From positions 3,892-67,891 of the forward strand of contig JAZNGX010000176.1 of NCBI GenBank assembly GCA_045576675.1: a stretch of 64,000 bases of DNA, read 5' to 3'. Every line of letters begins with the position of its first letter. The first letter of the stretch is position 1. The position numbers and the translations under genes are program-made. Positions 58,050 through 64,000 of this stretch are shown here, piece after piece. The DNA comes from Clostridia bacterium (GTDB lineage: Bacteria; Bacillota; Clostridia; Monoglobales; Firm-18). The notes under the pieces were generated by a model. It was given only the letters and a program-made list of their open reading frames with translations, was not told the origin of the DNA and ran no database searches.

Positions 58050-58799
58050 TTATTCGTAGTCCATTACGCTTACCCAGTTCAACAAAAATTCACGTTCTTC
58101 TTCCTTGCCTTTAACAAGCTGTGAAGCCGCAACAATCGGTAACCACTTTTGAACATACTGCTTTGCAGTATCGCTTTTTTTGCAGAACAAATCAAGATAC
58201 TTATCGGCAGTTTCTTTGTTTCCTGCAAGGCAGAACAATAAATAAGTTCTTGCAACATCGGCACTGGCATTGCCCTGTGTTGCGTGTGACCAATCAAGGA
58301 TATACAGCTTGCCGTCATTGCCTACAATTACGTTACTGGGGTTAAAATCACCGTGGCAAAGCTTTGTGTGCTTTGGCATCCCCTCCAGACGAGTATGCAA
58401 ATCATAACGAGTTGTTGCATCAAGAGAAGACTGTGTTATTTTTCCGTGCATTTTTTCTTTCAGCTTCGAAAGCATCGGCACACTTTCGTTATGCATCTCA
58501 AGCTGAAGAGTAACAAATGTCTCAAGATACTCATCAATTTTATCAGGGTTTTCTTCCATCAGCTGTGCAAGAGTTTTACCGTCAGCAAACTCTGTTACAA
58601 TTGCCCAGCTGCCTTCAATTTTTGCAACCTCAACAAGCTTTGGTATGTTAAGGCTTGTTTCTTCAACTCTTGCAAGGTTTAAAGCCTCATTCAATATATC
58701 AGACTTTTTAAAATTTGCATCAAAAACCTTTATTGCAAGGTTGCCATCTCTGTAAACAGTTTTATGCACTCTTTTTGCTATAACATTATCTAACTTCAT
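58050..58799 (-). CDS. Phosphotransferase-family kinase (APH/choline-kinase fold)
   Basis: 249 aa. Brenner-type catalytic loop LCHGDFNPSNVIV and metal site YILDWSHA. Confidence 0.7.
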   Translation of the reverse strand: MKLDNVIAKRVHKTVYRDGNLAIKVFDANFKKSDILNEALNLARVEETSLNIPKLVEVAKIEGSWAIVTEFADGKTLAQLMEENPDKIDEYLETFVTLQLEMHNESVPMLSKLKEKMHGKITQSSLDATTRYDLHTRLEGMPKHTKLCHGDFNPSNVIVGNDGKLYILDWSHATQGNASADVARTYLLFCLAGNKETADKYLDLFCKKSDTAKQYVQKWLPIVAASQLVKGKEEEREFLLNWVSVMDYE

Positions 58800-58813
58800 T
58801 GCTTTTTACCTCC

Positions 58814-61420
58814 TCAATTACCGTAGTACGCTTTTAAATACATTTCTTTAATTTCGCTCATCAAAGGATAACGCGGATTTGCACCTGTGCACTGGTCATC
58901 AAACGCCTGTTCTACCATTTCATCAAGTGTTGCCATAAAGTCTTTTTCTTCTATGCCATACTCTTTGATTGACTTCTTAATACCAACCATATCCTTAAGC
59001 TCATCAATTTTCTTGATAAGTCCATTAAGCTTTTCAGTATCATTTTTGCCTTTTATTCCAAGATAATCAGCAATTTCTGCGTATCTTGCAAGTGTATGCG
59101 GATGGTCATACTGCGAGAAGGTACCCATTTTAACAGGTGTTTCTGATGCGTTGAATTTCATAACCTCAGTTATAAGCATAGCATTTGCAACACCGTGCGG
59201 AAGATGATGGAATGCACCAAGCTTATGTGCCATTGAGTGACAGATTCCAAGGAAAGCATTTGCAAATGCCATACCTGCCATTGTTGCGGCATTAGCCATT
59301 TTCTCACGTGCTTCAACATCTGTCTGACCATTTTCGTATGCACGGGGCAGATATTCAAATATTGTCTTTAACGCTTTAAGTGCCATACCATCAGTGTAAT
59401 CAGTTGCAAGCATTGCCGCATATGCCTCAATTGCGTGAGTAACTGCATCGATACCTGAAGCGGCTGTTAATCCCTTTGGTGCAGACATATGGAAGTCTGT
59501 ATCAATAATCGCCATATTGGGCAAAAGCTCGTAATCAGCAAGAGGATATTTTACACCTGTCTGCTCGTCTGTGATAACTGCAAACGGAGTCACCTCTGAG
59601 CCTGTTCCTGCAGAGGTTGGAATTGCAATGAAATATGCCTTTTCACCCATTTTCGGGAACGTATAAACACGCTTTCTGATATCAATAAATCTCATTGCCA
59701 TATCCATAAAGTCAGCCTCAGGATGCTCGTATAACACCCACATAATTTTTGCAGCATCCATAGCTGAGCCGCCGCCCAACGCGATAATTGTGTCAGGCTT
59801 GAATGCAGCCATCTGCGCGGCACCGTTTTTTGCATTTGCAAGAGTCGGGTCAGGCTGAACATCAAAGAAGGTCGTATGAACAATGCCCATTTCGTCAAGC
59901 TTATCTGTTATAGCCTTTGTATATCCGTTTTCATAAAGGAAGTTATCAGTAACAATAAATGCTCTCTTTTTGCCCATAACGTTTTTAAGCTCATCAAGAG
60001 CAACGGGCAGACATCCTTTTTTAATATACACCTTTTCAGGAACTCTGAACCAAAGCATATTTTCTCTCCTCTCGGCAACTGTTTTAATGTTAAGCAGATG
60101 TTTTACACCAACGTTTTCCGACACTGAGTTGCCGCCCCACGAGCCGCAACCAAGTGTAAGTGACGGTGCAAGCTTAAAGTTATACAAATCACCGATGCCG
60201 CCGTGAGAGGATGGTGTGTTAACAAGTATACGGCAGGTTTTCATTCTGTGTGCAAATTTATTGATTTTTTCTTCTTCAGTAACTTCATTTATATACAATG
60301 AAGAAGTGTGTCCAAAGCCACCATCTGCAATCAGGCGGTCTGCCTTATCTAGTGCATCGTCAAAGCTTTTAGCTTTGTACATTGCAAGAACCGGTGAAAG
60401 CTTTTCGTGTGCAAATTCTTCAGACAACTCAACGCTTTCAACCTCACCGATAAGAATTTTTGTGTTGTCCGGTACATTAACACCTGAAAGCTCCGCAATT
60501 CTGCAGGCTGACTGACCAACAATTCTTGCGTTTAGCGCTCCGTTTACAATGATAGTTTTTCTTACCTTTTCAGTTTCATCCTTTTTTAATATATAACAGC
60601 CTCTGTCCTCAAATTCCTTTTTAACCTTGTTGTATATACTATCAAGAACAATAACTGACTGTTCTGATGCACAAATCATACCATTATCAAAGGTCTTTGA
60701 ATGTATGATTGAGTTTACTGCAAGCAAAACATCTGCACTTTCATCAATAATTGCAGGGGTGTTGCCTGCACCAACGCCAATTGCCGGCTTGCCTGATGAA
60801 TAAGCCGCTCTTACCATACCGGGGCCGCCTGTTGCAAGAATTATATCAGTTTCCTTCATAACCATATTAGTAAGCTCTAACGAAGGAACGTCAATCCAGT
60901 CAATAATGCCCTTTGGTGCACCTGCCGCAACTGCAGCCTCAAGAACGATTTTTGCTGCCTCAATTGTACAGTTTTTTGCTCTTGGATGAGGGCTTATAAT
61001 AATTGCATTTCTAGTTTTTAATGCGAGCAAGGTTTTAAAAATTGCAGTTGATGTAGGGTTGGTTGTAGGTATAACCGCTGCAACAACTCCAATAGGTTCA
61101 GCAATTTTTTTAATTCCGTAAGCCTTGTCCTCTTCTATCATTCCGCAGGTTTTTGTGTTTTTATATGCGTTATAAATATATTCTGATGCATAGTGATTCT
61201 TGATAACCTTGTCTTCAACAATACCCATTCCTGTTTCTTCCACTGCCATTTTTGCAAGAGGAATTCTTGCCTTGTTCGCAGCAGATGCAGCTGCTAAAAA
61301 GATTTTATCAACCTGCTCCTGAGAATATGCCGAAAACTCTTTTTGTGCCTGACGCAAGCCGTCAATTGCAGTTTTTAATGTTTCAACACTGTCTACTATT
61401 GCATAATTTTGTTTTTCCAT
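58814..61420 (-). CDS. adhE: Bifunctional acetaldehyde-CoA/alcohol dehydrogenase
   Basis: 868 aa. N-terminal ALDH domain (..MICASEQS..) plus C-terminal iron-ADH domain (..GGGSAMDAAK.., ..HSMAHKLG..H.PHG). Confidence 0.95.
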   Translation of the reverse strand: MEKQNYAIVDSVETLKTAIDGLRQAQKEFSAYSQEQVDKIFLAAASAANKARIPLAKMAVEETGMGIVEDKVIKNHYASEYIYNAYKNTKTCGMIEEDKAYGIKKIAEPIGVVAAVIPTTNPTSTAIFKTLLALKTRNAIIISPHPRAKNCTIEAAKIVLEAAVAAGAPKGIIDWIDVPSLELTNMVMKETDIILATGGPGMVRAAYSSGKPAIGVGAGNTPAIIDESADVLLAVNSIIHSKTFDNGMICASEQSVIVLDSIYNKVKKEFEDRGCYILKKDETEKVRKTIIVNGALNARIVGQSACRIAELSGVNVPDNTKILIGEVESVELSEEFAHEKLSPVLAMYKAKSFDDALDKADRLIADGGFGHTSSLYINEVTEEEKINKFAHRMKTCRILVNTPSSHGGIGDLYNFKLAPSLTLGCGSWGGNSVSENVGVKHLLNIKTVAERRENMLWFRVPEKVYIKKGCLPVALDELKNVMGKKRAFIVTDNFLYENGYTKAITDKLDEMGIVHTTFFDVQPDPTLANAKNGAAQMAAFKPDTIIALGGGSAMDAAKIMWVLYEHPEADFMDMAMRFIDIRKRVYTFPKMGEKAYFIAIPTSAGTGSEVTPFAVITDEQTGVKYPLADYELLPNMAIIDTDFHMSAPKGLTAASGIDAVTHAIEAYAAMLATDYTDGMALKALKTIFEYLPRAYENGQTDVEAREKMANAATMAGMAFANAFLGICHSMAHKLGAFHHLPHGVANAMLITEVMKFNASETPVKMGTFSQYDHPHTLARYAEIADYLGIKGKNDTEKLNGLIKKIDELKDMVGIKKSIKEYGIEEKDFMATLDEMVEQAFDDQCTGANPRYPLMSEIKEMYLKAYYGN

Positions 61421-61458
61421 TTTTTGTGCTCTCCAATCAATTTTTTTGATATTAAAAT

Positions 61459-61487
61459 AACATAATATATATTGAAGCTGTTGTCAA
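61459..61487 (-). promoter_or_regulatory. Candidate sigma-A promoter of adhE (TTGACA, 17 nt, TATGTT)
   Basis: Minus-strand TTGACA (61487-61482), 17-nt spacer, TATGTT (61464-61459), about 40 nt upstream of the adhE ATG. Confidence 0.35.
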
Positions 61488-61584
61488 CAGCATAGTCTTT
61501 ATTTTTGAAAACCCTTGTGTTTTCGGTTAAAACTCAAAACTTTGTTATTATTTTAACATTCTTTTTGCGTTTTGTAAAATGTAA

Positions 61585-61630
61585 AATAAGCATACTGATA
61601 TATTATATTTCATATATCAGTATGCTTATT
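61585..61630 (-). terminator. Perfect 18-bp hairpin, terminator-like on the minus strand
   Basis: aataagcatactgatata-10 nt-tatatcagtatgcttatt, followed on the minus strand by TTTACATTTTAC. Confidence 0.6.
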
Positions 61631-61662
61631 ACTATTATTGCACAAAGTAAGTCAGATTATTA

Positions 61663-61716
61663 AATTTTGCAAATTCTCCAAACGGGTTAGCTCGTGGACT
61701 GCTATGAGGAGGTTTT
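61663..61716. repeat. Conserved intergenic repeat, copy 1 (part of a 200-nt non-coding tract at 61631-61842)
   Basis: 52/54 nt identical to 63947-64000 (differences at 61684 g/a and 61695 t/c). Same orientation, 2284 bp apart. Confidence 0.8.
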
Positions 61717-61842
61717 ACTTCACCTTGTTTGAACAATATAGGCTAAAATCTTTCAATTCAAAAAATTAACCGGCCCCAAAGTGTGTCGCTTCAGGGAGGC
61801 ACCTCAAACCGTCCCTCTGTCCACCTTGTCTATACCAATGTC

Positions 61843-62979
61843 TTAAAATTGTTTTATTATAATATCTGTTATTGCTTTTTTATCTTCTGTATCCAATGAA
61901 TCAATACCTAATATAACTCGATCTTGTGACTTTTTTAATGATAATTCTACAGTGTCATCTCCGTTTGTCAATAATATTTTTTGATTTTCGTTAATAAATA
62001 ATTGTTCATCGCACTTAAAAATTATCCCATCATCTGAAACAAAATCGTATTCGAGGTTTTTAAAAATTTTCTTATTACTAATTTTTGGTAAACAGTCTTC
62101 ATTTCTTTCATACATAAACATCATACGATTAAGTTTGACGGCGTTAATTTCTCTCTGCGTCAATTTCTTAGATACAATTTCATTTGTATCTAAATCAATT
62201 ACCGCCCCTTTTTCGTCTTCAGCATTATAGCAAATTAATAAATTATTATATTTTACTATCCATGCACCGATTGTATTTATATTTGCCAGAAGCTCTGGTG
62301 ATTGCCCTAAAACTTCTTTATAAATCCCATCATCACTTACATTAGAATAATATATTGTTTCATTATCAAAGAACATACAAAGCTGATGACCTACGCGCGT
62401 ATGATAAACCTCATTTGTTTTCAGGTTAACAAAACCCATTGATATTTCATCGATTGTTTTGAATGACCTATAATTAAATATATAATCACAAGATGTCTGT
62501 CGATTATCGCCTACAAGCTTTATTGCTGTATCAATTCTTTTAACTGACAACGCAGTAAAATCATATAAATAAACCTCGTATAATGTAAAATCTTCTGTTT
62601 CTTTTGGAATGTAATATACTAATTTATTATCGTAAAGCTTTTTGTATTCAACCTCACCATCTGCTTTAATGTCATATCTCATGCCGTTTTTATATAACAC
62701 TCCATCTGCAAGCTCATAGCAATCAGGCTGTTTGTCTGATATTGTTATGGTATTGGTATCATCATTCCACGAAACATCCTTGTTTAATGCCTCTGCAATA
62801 AATCTTATCGGTACATATGTACGGTCGTTGTATAAAAACCCGCTTTCACCCTCAGGCATTTTTACTTCTTCGCCGTTTATGATATATCTAAGCGGTGGCA
62901 TTTCAATTTCAATTGTTGTTGCAACTGCACAAACGCATATTAAAAGCATTACTCCTAATGTAAATATTAGTTTTTTCAT
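61843..62979 (-). CDS. Secreted hypothetical protein (N-terminal copper-amine-oxidase-N-like 'stalk' domain, then repeat-rich beta region)
   Basis: 378 aa. Signal/anchor MKKLIFTLGVMLLICVCAVA. RTYVPIRFIAEALNKDVSWNDDTNTITI is typical of Cu_amine_oxidN1-like domains. Confidence 0.5.
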   Translation of the reverse strand: MKKLIFTLGVMLLICVCAVATTIEIEMPPLRYIINGEEVKMPEGESGFLYNDRTYVPIRFIAEALNKDVSWNDDTNTITISDKQPDCYELADGVLYKNGMRYDIKADGEVEYKKLYDNKLVYYIPKETEDFTLYEVYLYDFTALSVKRIDTAIKLVGDNRQTSCDYIFNYRSFKTIDEISMGFVNLKTNEVYHTRVGHQLCMFFDNETIYYSNVSDDGIYKEVLGQSPELLANINTIGAWIVKYNNLLICYNAEDEKGAVIDLDTNEIVSKKLTQREINAVKLNRMMFMYERNEDCLPKISNKKIFKNLEYDFVSDDGIIFKCDEQLFINENQKILLTNGDDTVELSLKKSQDRVILGIDSLDTEDKKAITDIIIKQF

Positions 62980-63064
62980 ATATTATTTCTCCTTATTTTA
63001 GAACCTGATATATCCGTTCGTCCAATCATGAATAAAATTACCATAGCATTTTAAGCTGTTTTAA

Positions 63065-63835
63065 TTAAAACCCACCATATATAAAATGCCACCAGTACGG
63101 CCATATTGTTTCAGATGCACTCCCCATAGTTGACCACACTGCATATTCTCTTTTGTAGTTCCATCTGTTGTTATAATATTCAAGACTGATTATAAAACCA
63201 ACTGGATTTGGTTTGTAATCTGTTATATAATACAAATGTGCCTCATAGTCCGAATAATCTACTACCTTAAAGCTTTCATAAGAACCAACATTTTCTTTAA
63301 TACAAGTCAAATTTTCAAACTGCCCGCCATACTTGAATGTTAATATTTCATTTTTAATAAATTCAGTCAACATACAAACCATAAATAACGTTATAGCAAA
63401 TAAAAGTATTTTTAATGGTAGATTTTTAAAAACTATTTTTTTGAAATTATTTATGTCAAATTTTTTTATATTACAATTTGAAACAGTAATCGCAATATAC
63501 GAAATCAACGCCCATATTATTACAAATGACACAAAAAGATAAAAACCATAATTGTTAATATGTTTATAAGGAAAGTGATTGCTTGCAAAATTTATATAAT
63601 ATGCAAGGATAAACATAACCATAATAAAAATTGGAGTTAAAAATGTACGAAGCGAAGTTAAATTATGTTTTTTCCCGTAACAAAAATTAATTAAGAAATG
63701 AATTATACCAAACACTATACCAGTTATTGAATACATAATTATTTTTAATAAACCATTTGTTTCTGTGTACGAGTTGGTAAACAACATAGGTGTCACATAC
63801 AAATATGCTATCAGCATATGTAATAAATAATACAT
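63065..63835 (-). CDS. Hypothetical polytopic membrane protein with a C-terminal soluble domain
   Basis: 256 aa, 5-6 TM segments, then YGGQFENLTCIKENVGSYESFKVVDYSDYEAHLYYI... No recognisable family. Confidence 0.45.
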   Translation of the reverse strand: MYYLLHMLIAYLYVTPMLFTNSYTETNGLLKIIMYSITGIVFGIIHFLINFCYGKKHNLTSLRTFLTPIFIMVMFILAYYINFASNHFPYKHINNYGFYLFVSFVIIWALISYIAITVSNCNIKKFDINNFKKIVFKNLPLKILLFAITLFMVCMLTEFIKNEILTFKYGGQFENLTCIKENVGSYESFKVVDYSDYEAHLYYITDYKPNPVGFIISLEYYNNRWNYKREYAVWSTMGSASETIWPYWWHFIYGGF

Positions 63836-63859
63836 TTAATCAACTCCTGATGTAATATG

Positions 63860-63891
63860 TTAAAGGGTAAAATAATGATTTTACCCTTTAA
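63860..63891 (-). promoter_or_regulatory. 5'-UTR hairpin just upstream of the RBS of the membrane-protein gene
   Basis: ttaaagggtaaaa-taatga-ttttacccttaa-type 13-bp stem. On the minus strand it ends 24 nt before ATG 63835 (RBS AGGAG). Confidence 0.4.
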
Positions 63892-63946
63892 CACTATTAG
63901 TTTTTATTATTATATACCAAGCAATTCTTGCATATAATAATAGTTT

Positions 63947-64000
63947 AATTTTGCAAATTCTCCAAACAGGTTAGCTCGCGGACTGCTATGAGGAGGTTTT
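63947..64000. repeat. Conserved intergenic repeat, copy 2 (truncated by the window end)
   Basis: 52/54 nt identical to 61663-61716. Its full extent cannot be seen. Confidence 0.8.

Noticed and set aside
61681-61712. tRNA-like reading of GGGTTAGCTCGTGGACTGCTATGAGGAGG within the intergenic repeat
   Set aside because: TAGCTC resembles a D-arm start, but no complementary GAGC, anticodon stem, T-arm (GTTCRANYC) or acceptor pairing can be drawn.

Overview
AT-rich chromosomal segment, inferred to come from a spore-forming Clostridia-type Firmicute with SLH-anchored surface proteins (spoVT, spoVAD/spoVAE, sigG, tepA-like, adhE, gatCAB, CIRCE-groESL). I found no rRNA, tRNA, CRISPR array, transposase or integrase. 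Housekeeping blocks flank a ~33 kb accessory glycan-utilisation supercluster at 12.6-45.5 kb: hisZ-hisG-hisH, ispF, groESL, gatCAB, adhE and a PF04392-type ABC importer. The supercluster has three parts. (i) A long minus-strand operon: NanA-like lyase, sugar ABC importer, a 417-aa and a 1345-aa secreted protein, two further SLH proteins, a cytoplasmic 560-aa protein and a DMT transporter. (ii) A 754-aa secreted protein and a second operon (1576-aa secreted protein, MFS transporter, tandem-FAH protein); the 754-aa gene and the operon each sit behind a copy of the same ~84-bp conserved upstream element. (iii) A divergent plus-strand operon: sensor-domain-only membrane protein, YesN-like regulator, YesM-like kinase, GH78 rhamnosidase. 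The four secreted proteins share eight copies of an uncharacterised ~150-190-aa 'W-x-EAE' beta-sandwich-like module. The two largest also share a ~720-aa domain with GH42/clan GH-A-like catalytic motifs interrupted by an insertion, which is my best candidate for a new enzyme family or system. Other items: a compact 696-aa glycyl-radical enzyme with its activase and an AraC regulator; sigG with no canonical start codon (probable ATT overlapping the upstream stop); a conserved intergenic repeat followed by hairpins on both sides of a two-gene cassette next to adhE. All functional calls rest on reading motifs in the supplied translations and the DNA by eye. No database or HMM search was run.
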